Below, one piece after another: positions 26,621 to 35,190 of a stretch of 39,561 nt of DNA. The translations under genes were made by a program, and so were the position numbers. Under the pieces are notes generated by a model. It did not search any database. It saw only the letters and a list, made by a program, of their open reading frames with translations, and had not been told where the DNA came from. The stretch's first letter is position 1. Each line of letters begins with the position of its first letter. The stretch comes from Candidatus Obscuribacterales bacterium (GTDB lineage Bacteria > Cyanobacteriota > Vampirovibrionia > Obscuribacterales > Obscuribacteraceae): positions 1 through 39,561 of the forward strand of contig DATNRC010000349.1 in the NCBI GenBank assembly GCA_036703705.1. Direction: 5' to 3'.

Positions 26621-27718
26621 ATGAGCCTGTCGACGATTGCGGTGTTATTCAGCGGCGACAATTCTGCAGTGGCCGTCTACTTGCTGCTGATATTGGCGTG
26701 TTTGGTTGCCGTTTTCCTGATATTGAGGAATAGGCCGCAAGATGCGCGCCGCTACCTCTTTGCTGAGGTGATATATGGAACCGTAGCTGGAGCATTGCCT
26801 TTTGCGCTTGCGCACGACTTCTTCGAAATCATTCAATTGCTTGCGTACGGGTGCTTCCTGGGTGGAGTAGCCTTTCTCATCATTTGCGGCTGCCTGGCAC
26901 GGAAGAAGCTCAAAATGATGGCAAGCATGTTTTTTGCCATCGCATGGGTGGTCTCTGTGGTTGGCATTGATGCATTTCTTCTGGAGCCTACAGCCCTCGA
27001 ACTAACTCATTTCACCATCAAGAATGACAAACTGTCCAAGCCCTTGAAAATCGCTGTTGCGGCGGACTTGCAAACGGACAATATTGGCGCCTACGAGCGA
27101 GGCGCCCTAAAGAAGATCATGGATGAAAAACCAGACCTGATTCTTCTTGCCGGGGACTATCTGCAAGTCTGGTCATATGATGAACTGAACGACCAAACCA
27201 AGAAGCTGAAGCAAGCATTGAAGGACACCGGATTTGGTGCGCCATTGGGCGTATATGCGGTTATGGGAAACGTTGAAGATGCATCATGGCCGACGCTTTT
27301 CAGTGATCTGAAAGGTAAATGCTTCGAGAAGACCGAGTCGATTGCTGTAGGCGAAGTTACGCTCACCGGACTTGGATTCAACGATTCTTTTAACGATCAG
27401 CTCAAGATTGCGCCCAGTCGGAGAATGCATATTGTGTTTGGACATGGTCCGGATTTCAGCCTGAGCAGGTTCGACGCCGATCTTTTGATTGCCGGGCACA
27501 CTCATGGTGGACAAGTGCAAATACCAGGAATAGGACCGATTTTTACCTTTTCAAAGGTGCCAAGGGCATGGGCCCAAGGCGGCCTTATCCAAATGGATGA
27601 TGGACGTACGCTCATTATCTCCAGGGGCATCGGATTGGAAAGGCACCATGCTCCACGGCTGCGCTTTCTCTGTCGTCCTCAGATCGTAATTGTTGATGTA
27701 CTGCCTGACAAGAAATGA
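26621..27718 (+). CDS. membrane-anchored metallophosphoesterase
   Basis: N-terminal TM helices, then calcineurin-like motifs: KIAVAADLQTD, LAGDY, MGNVED, GHTHGGQ. Confidence 0.9.
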   Translation: MSLSTIAVLFSGDNSAVAVYLLLILACLVAVFLILRNRPQDARRYLFAEVIYGTVAGALPFALAHDFFEIIQLLAYGCFLGGVAFLIICGCLARKKLKMMASMFFAIAWVVSVVGIDAFLLEPTALELTHFTIKNDKLSKPLKIAVAADLQTDNIGAYERGALKKIMDEKPDLILLAGDYLQVWSYDELNDQTKKLKQALKDTGFGAPLGVYAVMGNVEDASWPTLFSDLKGKCFEKTESIAVGEVTLTGLGFNDSFNDQLKIAPSRRMHIVFGHGPDFSLSRFDADLLIAGHTHGGQVQIPGIGPIFTFSKVPRAWAQGGLIQMDDGRTLIISRGIGLERHHAPRLRFLCRPQIVIVDVLPDKK

Positions 27719-27719
27719 T

Positions 27720-28265
27720 TCAGCTCGACAATCGGCGCGCGAGAATTGCATAAGTCAGCCCGTTCCATTCAAACTCATCGACAGCCTTCATGCCCACCTT
27801 CTTGTGTGCCGCGAGCGATCTGCTGTTGACCTGAGATACGAGAGTCGCGGCCAGCCTGTAGCCTTTCGGAACAAGGTCGGGCAGATAGGCGTACAGTTTT
27901 TCGAAAATCCCCTGTCCTCTGCTTGGAGCTGCAATACAGACCGGTCCGCAAATACAGACAATACTTGTGTCAATCGTGCTGCCTTCAAATTGGACCTACT
28001 TCAATTTCTCGACCATTGTTCCAGACAACGAAAAGCGGCGATTGAATTCAGCTGAGGTCACGCAGAGAAATCCAAGCACTGAGCCATTTCCAGCTGCCAC
28101 AATGGTGCCAATGTCCTTATCGATCTCTTCCAGCTGCTCTGCGTTGAAGTAAGCTGATAGAAAACCGTCTTGCTTTTGCTCGGCTGTCAAATTGGAAGAC
28201 AGATTTTCAATTTCCAGAGTAACTATTTTCTCGAAATCACTCTCAGTCGCTCTTCGTATAATCAT
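27720..28265 (-). pseudogene. GNAT family N-acetyltransferase interrupted by one in-frame TAG (27995..27993)
   Basis: ORF 27996-28265 ends ..SGTMVEKLK-TAG. The same frame continues VQFEGSTIDTSIVCICGPVCIAAPSRGQGIFEKLYAYLPDLVPKGYRLAATLVSQVNSRSLAAHKKVGMKAVDEFEWNGLTYAILARRLSS to TGA at 27720. The R/Q-x-x-G-x-G/A acetyl-CoA motif (SRGQGI) lies after the stop. Confidence 0.75.
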
Positions 28266-28328
28266 GCAGATTGAAAACTGTTTTGTTTCGATGTGTCCAA
28301 TATCAGTAACAATACCATGACCATGGTG

Positions 28329-28370
28329 AATGCCAATGCCAATGCCAATGGGAATGCCGATGCCAATGCG
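28329..28370. repeat. imperfect hexanucleotide array (AATGCC)7
   Basis: AATGCC AATGCC AATGCC AATGGG AATGCC GATGCC AATGCG, lying 64-105 nt upstream of the GNAT start. Confidence 0.9.
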
Positions 28371-28528
28371 ACCAGAACTCGCTCAGGCTGAGTATCGAAT
28401 TAAGCCGAGAGGTGAGAATTGTGACCCGGGCAGGAACTCTTGTTGGCAGTTGCACGTCTTTCCGCAGCCGGAGGGAAGCCTCTGACCACCTGGCAGCAAC
28501 ATTGAAAAGCGGCGTGCACGGGGAGGTA

Positions 28529-28744
28529 ATGTTGATGAATTGGGACTGGCAGCCGATACCAGACGTCATTTCATACGATGCTTTGCTTAACGAGCTGAGA
28601 CGCCGGCCGAATGTTCGTTCTTCGGATGACGAGCAAGCTTATCTCTTTGAGCTGATTTATGACCTGATGCTTTTGGATAAGCGAGTAAAGACTCAGGCCG
28701 TAAATTCGTACTGGGTCAACAATACGAGCTACGACACCGAGTGA
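28529..28744 (+). CDS. small hypothetical protein (71 aa), convergent with the retron RT
   Basis: ATG 28529 preceded by GGGGAGG at optimal spacing. MLMNWDWQPIPDVISYDALLNELRRRPNVRSSDDEQAYLFELIYDLMLLDKRVKTQAVNSYWVNNTSYDTE. The upstream part of track ORF 28412-28744 is R/S-rich and unlikely to be coding. Confidence 0.5.
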   Translation: MLMNWDWQPIPDVISYDALLNELRRRPNVRSSDDEQAYLFELIYDLMLLDKRVKTQAVNSYWVNNTSYDTE

Positions 28745-28762
28745 GCGGCACACCGATGCACT

Positions 28763-29734
28763 CTATTGCCAAGCTTCCTGCAGCTTCGCGAGCATTGCTT
28801 TGTATTTGGGAAGCGATGGATCGTCAGGCCGCACCATCTCTAGGAAGGAGATCTGACCCTGGAGTTGTTGTGCTTTGTCTCGATACTGCTCAGGTTCTAG
28901 TGAGGCTCGGTGCAGAGCCGCCCGCAAATTACGGCGGCGTGTCCGAGACAGATTGGGGAATTGGTTTACTACCAGACCCGTGACCATTTGCCTGCCGAGT
29001 TTTGTTACCAGTCGCACTTTGCGATTGTTGAGCCTGAAACCTTCGCTTTCGATGATAGATGTGATCTTAGCTTTGACTTCCTTGTGGCTGCCATATCCCG
29101 AAACCGAAATGTCATCACAATATCTGGTGCAGGTCCAGCCGCTCGACGCGCACAAATTGTGGAGCTTGTGATCGAGCGGGCGGCAAATGAGATTTGCCAG
29201 CAGCGGTGAGCTAGGCGCTCCCTGAGGCAAGGTGCCCCTGCACGTTGTGAGCCTGGACAAGGCTTTGGCGATAGCTGGACTGTAGCCCAATCCAATGAAG
29301 ACGTTTAGGACTCGCGCTTCGTCAATGGTGCCGAAAAAGTTTTCGATATCGACATTGAGAACGAAATCTTTGTTCGCGTGCGGAGACGCATTGTCAACGA
29401 TCGAACAGCCGCGTTTGTAACCTGTGGCAATGAAATGAAACGGCACCGCACTCAAAATGTTTTTGGAGATCCAGCGTTGCACAGCTTTCAAATTCTTATT
29501 TGGCGCTGTGATCAAACGGGAGCCGCCGCTTTTCTTTTGCAGGAAAAATCGTCTGTAAAAACGCTCTGTATGAAGTGCATAACGCCAGAGCTCAATTTCG
29601 GGAATGCCAGTCTCTAAAGCTAATTCGCCCAGGCTGTTGAAAGGCAAGTCGTTTACTCCTCGGAGCGGCATTTCTGCCATTGAACCAATCAAAGAGAGCG
29701 GAATTGCAGACGTGCTGCAGGGCAGCACATGCAA
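28763..29734 (-). CDS. ret: retron-type reverse transcriptase
   Basis: KKSGGSRLITAP, GCSIVDNASPHANKDFVLNVDIENFF (NAxxH), LPQGAPSSPLLANLICRPLD, TRYCDDISVSG (YxDD), RQMVTGLVVN (VTG). About 320 aa with no maturase or endonuclease domains. TTG 29734 has GGAG 7 nt upstream. Alternative ATG starts at 29680 and 29671. Confidence 0.9.
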   Translation of the reverse strand: MHVLPCSTSAIPLSLIGSMAEMPLRGVNDLPFNSLGELALETGIPEIELWRYALHTERFYRRFFLQKKSGGSRLITAPNKNLKAVQRWISKNILSAVPFHFIATGYKRGCSIVDNASPHANKDFVLNVDIENFFGTIDEARVLNVFIGLGYSPAIAKALSRLTTCRGTLPQGAPSSPLLANLICRPLDHKLHNLCASSGWTCTRYCDDISVSGYGSHKEVKAKITSIIESEGFRLNNRKVRLVTKLGRQMVTGLVVNQFPNLSRTRRRNLRAALHRASLEPEQYRDKAQQLQGQISFLEMVRPDDPSLPKYKAMLAKLQEAWQ

Positions 29735-29903
29735 ATCCGGGCTCCAGGTGAAACCTTGAATTAGGATTGACGAAGCATCAATCTAAACCGCGCAAGCGGT
29801 CCAGAAATGCCACCTACCCGAGTAGTGAGCTGCATCTCCTATGAGCAGCTGAAGGCACATTTAAAAGCACGCGGAAGTGAAAGTCAATCGATTTTGCATG
29901 CCT
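29725..29903 (-). ncRNA. candidate retron msr-msd non-coding RNA
   Basis: Inverted-repeat arms at 29890-29901 and 29727-29737 (CATGCAAA/TTTGCATG perfect, ~11 bp with one bulge and a G-U), 152 nt apart. They enclose four hairpins: 29828-29850, 29811-29827, 29785-29802 and 29765-29783. Lies directly 5' of the RT on the same strand. Confidence 0.45.
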
Positions 29904-29962
29904 TAGAGAAATATTGGACACTGGCTATCCATCAGCTATCCCGTGGAGGCAAACCATATCTG

Positions 29963-32191
29963 CTATGTATTGCGTCTTGTAAGCAGCGCATGCAAATCAT
30001 GTTTGTTGACCAGTATGTCTTTCCAGAGATCGCCTCTTTGGGCCAGTCTTTGCGGCATAACGGATAGCGTAAGATCGGACGGTCGTATATTCGATAGCTC
30101 ATTCCATGAGAGCGGGGCAGAAACCGGCGCACCAGGAAATGCACGAGGAGTATATACAGCTGCCATTGTCTTACCCGTGCCGTTGGATGAGCAGTCGACA
30201 TATACTTTGCCTGCGCGTCTGGATATATCGAACTCTATGGTTGCTTTGTCTGGATGATGTCCTGTGATTAGTTGCGCCGTCGTTTGCGCAAGGGTGCGCG
30301 TTGTGAGGAAGTCCACCTCTCGATCGCGCTTGACGGGAACAAAGATATGCAATCCGTTTCGTCCGGAAGTCTTCAAATACGATTGCAATCCAGCAGCCGC
30401 CAGACTCTCTCTGAGGATGGACGCCACGTCGCACACCCTCTTAAAGGCATCCATGTCAATAACATCAGGAACTTTCTTGCCCGACTGCGGGTGATAGTCG
30501 AGATCCACTATTAAGAAGTCCGGGAGGTCCAACATCCCTTCGACGTCGTCGATGGTGCCGGCGGGAGGATCGGGATATTCTGCCAGGCGCGATGAACAAA
30601 CGTGAAACTCGAGCACGCTGTGCTGAGCGAGAAACATAAGAGTAGCAAGGTTGTTGCACAGCAAATATTCACTGCGCGCCTCGCCGCTCTCTATGATTTG
30701 TGTCTCCACAAAATCTGGCAGTGCTGCATTCCAATTCTTCTGGAAGAAACTTTTACCCTTTATTCCGTCAGGATATCGGATGACCGTCAGCGGGCGACCG
30801 TACCAGTGTGGTAGCAAATATGGTGCAATCTTGCATAGATGACGCAGATAATCTCTTTTTGTAAGGGCTGGAAATTCTTCGGTTTCGGGCCAAAATTCTT
30901 TATCCAGGTGAGAAAGAGGGATCTGCTCATTTTCGACGAATAACTCCAGCTTCTTCTCATTGCCGCTCAGCTGCCCGATCACCTTTTCATAAACGCTCGC
31001 ACCATCTCCTTCTAATCTGTCCTGAGGACGATCGAGTCCGGAGGTATTTCGTGTTGGGATGGGGGTGGCGTCACGGCTGCTGCTCTCGGCTACCCGAGAC
31101 ACCGTTTCTGGTGCTGCAGCGTATGTGGTGCCACTGATAAGGGCTTTCTGCGAATCAGGATGCAATACTTCGGCGGGTTCTTTGTCCTCGCGAAAGCGCA
31201 TAAAAACTGGAGTACGAAGATGGCCGTCTTTTGTGAGGTCCATGTATTTGACTTCGACTATCACTTCCGGTTTTACCCAAATTACATCCTTCTTGTCTTC
31301 CGGGCGCGATACGAACGGACAAGCCTTTGTCTTGAGAGGCTCAATCTTGTTGAGCGTTTCCTTTAAGAGTCGCTGGTCAAATCCGGTTCCTACACTGCCG
31401 CAATAGACCATGCGGCCCGCTGTGTCGTTGTAGCCGAGCAAAAGCGAACCGAACGTCGAGTTTCGCGAGCCCTGACCGAGCGTATAGCCGCCGATGATAA
31501 ACTCTGCAGTTTGCTGGGCTTTCACTTTCAGCCATGACGGTGAGCGCTTTCCACACTCATACATGGAATCGACCCGTTTAGCGACAATGCCCTCGAAGCC
31601 GTTGTCGACACATACTTCGTAGGCAAGCGCAGGGTCAACGTCGAAGAAGGAAAGCAAACGAACCGTTTCCGACGGAATGATTGCTTGCTCCAGCACTTTC
31701 TTGCGCTCAAGAAGCCGGACATTGGTTAGATCAAAACCATCGAAATATGCGACATCAAACACATAGTATTGAACGGGTACCAGTTTGTCGGCGCGCGCAA
31801 TGTCAGCTTGCTTTGTCAGATTCATGCGTTGCTGCAACTGCTGAAATGACGGCCGTCCCTGGGCATCAACAGCGATTATTTCGCCATCCAAAACGGCATC
31901 ACATTTGACGAGTCGGGAAAGTTCGCTGGCAATAGAAGGATATTGGGAAGTCAGGTTCAATGCCCTGCGCGACAACAATGAGACTGTGCCGTCACGTATA
32001 ACTGCAATGCAACGAATGCCATCGAGTTTCGGCTCGAAAACCCATCCTGCGTGCCGGATTGTTCCCCGTGGGAGACTTGCCAGCATGGGACTGACAGTTT
32101 TTGGAGGCGGTCTGCGGTGAGCACCACCGACGGTGCCCAATTCCAATCGTTGTTCTCTTGTTTTGCCGCGGGTTGCTCGCCCTTTAGCCAA
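29963..32191 (-). CDS. ligD: ATP-dependent DNA ligase LigD (ligase + primase-polymerase domains)
   Basis: Adenylation motif FEPKLDGIRC, DGEIIAVD. OB region FIIGGYT..FGSLLLGY. C-terminal Pol block RYPDGIKGKSFFQKN, LIVDLDY, SGRNGLHIFVPV, VYVDCSSNG. No phosphoesterase domain evident. Confidence 0.95.
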   Translation of the reverse strand: MAKGRATRGKTREQRLELGTVGGAHRRPPPKTVSPMLASLPRGTIRHAGWVFEPKLDGIRCIAVIRDGTVSLLSRRALNLTSQYPSIASELSRLVKCDAVLDGEIIAVDAQGRPSFQQLQQRMNLTKQADIARADKLVPVQYYVFDVAYFDGFDLTNVRLLERKKVLEQAIIPSETVRLLSFFDVDPALAYEVCVDNGFEGIVAKRVDSMYECGKRSPSWLKVKAQQTAEFIIGGYTLGQGSRNSTFGSLLLGYNDTAGRMVYCGSVGTGFDQRLLKETLNKIEPLKTKACPFVSRPEDKKDVIWVKPEVIVEVKYMDLTKDGHLRTPVFMRFREDKEPAEVLHPDSQKALISGTTYAAAPETVSRVAESSSRDATPIPTRNTSGLDRPQDRLEGDGASVYEKVIGQLSGNEKKLELFVENEQIPLSHLDKEFWPETEEFPALTKRDYLRHLCKIAPYLLPHWYGRPLTVIRYPDGIKGKSFFQKNWNAALPDFVETQIIESGEARSEYLLCNNLATLMFLAQHSVLEFHVCSSRLAEYPDPPAGTIDDVEGMLDLPDFLIVDLDYHPQSGKKVPDVIDMDAFKRVCDVASILRESLAAAGLQSYLKTSGRNGLHIFVPVKRDREVDFLTTRTLAQTTAQLITGHHPDKATIEFDISRRAGKVYVDCSSNGTGKTMAAVYTPRAFPGAPVSAPLSWNELSNIRPSDLTLSVMPQRLAQRGDLWKDILVNKHDLHALLTRRNT

Positions 32192-32199
32192 CTGTCAGC

Positions 32200-33048
32200 T
32201 CACCCCACTGCGGCTTTCTTCTTGCCTTTTGACGCTGGGGCGGTTGCAGCCGACTCTCTCGTCTTTTCTCTGGATTTTTTTGCTTTTACGTTTTCCATGC
32301 TTGCCTGCAATGCTTCCATCAAATCGATCACCTTGCCCGTCTGAATTGGGGGAGCCTCGGCAATTTCCCGTCCTTCCAGCTTGGCCTCGATTATTTTCAG
32401 AACTGCCTCGCGATAGTTATCAGTATAATCGCTCGGCTGGAATTCTTGCGTCATCAAGTCAATCAGGCTGCCGGCCATGGCTAATTCTTTGTCTGTGATG
32501 TTGACGTCGGGAAGCGCTTTTCTCTTCTCCACGCGTATTTCATCCGGGTAGAAGAGCGTGCTCATCATCAAGGTGCCATCAAGAGGACGCAAGGCGCACA
32601 GGCGTTCTTTGCTGCGAATGGCGACCTTGGCAATTGCCGTCATTCCTTTGTCCTGCAAAGCGCGCATAAAAAGCGCGAAGGGCTTTCGGGCTGCCTCATC
32701 AGGCTCGATGAAATAACTCTTTTCATAGAAAACAGGATCAATCTCAGACTGCTGTATGAAGCTGGTTATCTCGATGCAATCTTTGTTTGGCAATGGGAGC
32801 TTTTCCAGGTCATCCTTGCTCACAATCACATACTGCCCTTTGGCGTATTCATAACCCTTCTCAATTTCCTCGCTCTCAATCTTTCGATCGCAAACGGGAC
32901 ACGTTTTGATCTCCTTGATGCGGCTCTTGCAGTCCTTGTGAAGCTGGTTGAAAGAGATATCTTTATTCTCAGTAGCTGTGTACAGCTTTACTGGAATGCT
33001 GACCATTCCAAACGTGATGATGCCTGTCCAAATTGCTCGCGGTGCCAT
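32200..33048 (-). CDS. ku: Ku protein (NHEJ DNA end-binding)
   Basis: Start moved to ATG 33048 (GGAGGAG SD). MAPRAIWTGIITFGMVSIPVKLYTA is the typical bacterial Ku N-terminus. Basic C-terminal tail. 8 nt upstream of ligD. Confidence 0.95.
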   Translation of the reverse strand: MAPRAIWTGIITFGMVSIPVKLYTATENKDISFNQLHKDCKSRIKEIKTCPVCDRKIESEEIEKGYEYAKGQYVIVSKDDLEKLPLPNKDCIEITSFIQQSEIDPVFYEKSYFIEPDEAARKPFALFMRALQDKGMTAIAKVAIRSKERLCALRPLDGTLMMSTLFYPDEIRVEKRKALPDVNITDKELAMAGSLIDLMTQEFQPSDYTDNYREAVLKIIEAKLEGREIAEAPPIQTGKVIDLMEALQASMENVKAKKSREKTRESAATAPASKGKKKAAVG

Positions 33049-33224
33049 GATGCGCTCCTCCGCCGGGGCAAGGTGTTTGTATGAACGGCCAGTCTGTGGC
33101 GAATCATATTCTTCCCGATCTATATACATTTTCCATCGCATAGATATGTATGGTATTTGGCTTGATGGCTTAGATTGCCTGAGCGCGTGGAAAAAGTTGA
33201 GCAAAACCGGGGATTCTATCACTT

Positions 33225-34214
33225 ATGCCTCTCTCCCTTCGAGCAATTACAATCTCAAATGGTGCGGTGCAGTTGCGCCTTCCTTCTGATTGGCGCGAAA
33301 GCGATCGGTCTGATAAAGGTGTCCGCTACGATGCACCCGGCAAAAAACAATGGCTCAAAATCAACATCTTTGGGCCCGAAAAAGTAGCGTCCGCAAAGGA
33401 GCTTGAAGACTGGGTGCGGAAGAAGACATTGACCGCCCGCATCGTCCAAAAGATGGCGAACGACGCATTCCTATTCGATGCCGGAACAGCTCCGGATGAG
33501 ATTAACGCCGTGGCGATGACGAGAACCTATCTCATCGTCGCTGCTTTTCTGCCGAAAGAAAAGCTTGGCATGGCTTATCACTTCCTCTATTACGAGGACG
33601 TGAAACTGGCCAATGATTCGGAGGCGGTAGAAGCCAGAAAGGCGATTGACAGGGAGATTCGCACCTGCCGCGTTGAGCCGATTGCGCTTTCCCGGGCCGC
33701 TTCTATGAAATCAGGAAGCCCTGCAGCTGCTGCGCTAGCGCCGGTTGCGATGGTAATTGGATTGGGCGTGCTCGGTTATGGCGGGTATTGGCTGTATGAC
33801 TCCTTAACGCGAGTCCCCACCTGGGAGGAATCAACAGCGCGAGCGCAGCAAGCCATAGCTGCGGGCAATATGGCTGACGCAGAGAAGACAATGCGCGAGG
33901 CGCTCACTCGCGCGGAGGATAAGAACGATCAGCCACTCATTGCCCAGGGATCGCTGATGCTCGGCGATATCTATTCCAAGCAGGGAAAATTTGATAAGGC
34001 GCTGCCCATGTACGAAGTAGCCTTGCAGATTCAGGAAGACTCGCTCGGACGGTCAAACAAAACTGTGACGGCGACAGCTATGAAATTTGCCGATACACTG
34101 CGCAAAGTCGGGGACGGCAATCGCGCCGATCAAGTCTTGAAGTTGTATCAATCGACTATGGCGTCTGCGGCAAAGACGCAAAACGCGAAGAAATCGAAGC
34201 AAGCCCGCAAATGA
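33225..34214 (+). CDS. hypothetical membrane protein with C-terminal TPR-like repeats
   Basis: 329 aa. TM helix AAALAPVAMVIGLGVLGYGGYWLY. TPR-like GKFDKALPMYEVALQIQE. Confidence 0.75.
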   Translation: MPLSLRAITISNGAVQLRLPSDWRESDRSDKGVRYDAPGKKQWLKINIFGPEKVASAKELEDWVRKKTLTARIVQKMANDAFLFDAGTAPDEINAVAMTRTYLIVAAFLPKEKLGMAYHFLYYEDVKLANDSEAVEARKAIDREIRTCRVEPIALSRAASMKSGSPAAAALAPVAMVIGLGVLGYGGYWLYDSLTRVPTWEESTARAQQAIAAGNMADAEKTMREALTRAEDKNDQPLIAQGSLMLGDIYSKQGKFDKALPMYEVALQIQEDSLGRSNKTVTATAMKFADTLRKVGDGNRADQVLKLYQSTMASAAKTQNAKKSKQARK

Positions 34215-34330
34215 TTCAGCCGGTGGCGAAGTTCAGCTCGTGGCGAAGTATCTCCCGACGATGTAAGCTGAAAATGGGGCAGGAACCACGCCCGATTTGA
34301 CGCGTCAAATAGCCGGGGAAGACGACTACT

Positions 34331-35176
34331 ATGCTGCTTCAAATTAGACACGGACCGAAAGTTGGCCCAGAGCATCATGCCCAGCCAGATGATGGCCGGC
34401 ACGACATCGTGCTCTTGCACGGAATGGGCGCCAACGGCGATTTGTGGAAGCCGCAGGTCGTGTTTTTAGAACAATTGGGCCACAGATGTTTTGTCATTGA
34501 TTTGCGCGGACATGGAATTACTGATGAGCCTGGTCATGAAGCCGATCTCGATACGCACATCGACGACGTGATTGAAACGATCGAGAAGATATCCGTGCGG
34601 CTTCCAGCAGTATTCATAGGCCATTCCCTCGGTGCTTTAATACTGCTGCATATGGCACAGAAGCGTCCGGACGCAGTGCACAAAATCTTCGCGGTAGGGG
34701 CGCCTATGCGCGTTTTACCACCAATCAAAAACGGTTTCGAGCTCCTGCTCAAACACATTCATCCCAATCTGAAGGACACGTGGCTTCACCCCCTGCTGCC
34801 CTGGCGTCAGCGCACACTTCTCAGCACCCCAGAGCACACCCTTAAACAAATCGTGAACAGTGTCGCTGACATCGATCTGGTCAGCGCGCCTTTGAAACTG
34901 TCGTGCACAGTGCATTTTGCTGCGGGGAGGCTCGATCCGATAGCACCGTGCATGTATCTCGAGCAGGTGCATAAGATGTTGCCCAATTCTACGTTGGACA
35001 TTTGGGAGTGGGGCGGTCACAGCTTTTTCATGGGTTCTCGCGAGCAAAGCTTTAACACGTGGCTCTCTAAGTATTTGAGTGCGGCTCACGACAGATTGAG
35101 TGCGGCTCACGACGGATTGAGTGCGGCTCACGACGGATTGAGCGAGCGCGAAATTGCCAATACTACGACCGCGTGA
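34331..35176 (+). CDS. alpha/beta hydrolase
   Basis: HGMGANGDLW, nucleophile elbow IGHSLGAL (GxSxG). C-terminal LSAAHD(R/G) x3. Confidence 0.9.
   Translation: MLLQIRHGPKVGPEHHAQPDDGRHDIVLLHGMGANGDLWKPQVVFLEQLGHRCFVIDLRGHGITDEPGHEADLDTHIDDVIETIEKISVRLPAVFIGHSLGALILLHMAQKRPDAVHKIFAVGAPMRVLPPIKNGFELLLKHIHPNLKDTWLHPLLPWRQRTLLSTPEHTLKQIVNSVADIDLVSAPLKLSCTVHFAAGRLDPIAPCMYLEQVHKMLPNSTLDIWEWGGHSFFMGSREQSFNTWLSKYLSAAHDRLSAAHDGLSAAHDGLSEREIANTTTA
35085..35153. repeat. 21-nt in-frame tandem repeat, 3.3 copies
   Basis: ttgagtgcggctcacgac[a/g]ga at 35085, 35106 and 35127, then partial. Confidence 0.9.
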
Positions 35177-35190
35177 GTCGCACGATTCTA

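Noticed and set aside
28303-28569. Minus-strand ORF ending in SHWHRHSHWHWHWHSPWSWYCY (His/Trp repeat peptide)
   Set aside because: The HW stretch is just the reverse reading of the AATGCC hexamer array. The rest of the ORF is not protein-like, lacks an SD, and overlaps the better-supported plus-strand 71-aa gene.
28763-29734. RT as a group II intron, DGR or Abi-type reverse transcriptase
   Set aside because: It is only ~320 aa with no maturase (X) or endonuclease domains and no template/variable repeat pair. NAxxH and VTG motifs and the close resemblance to Ec86 blocks point to a retron RT.
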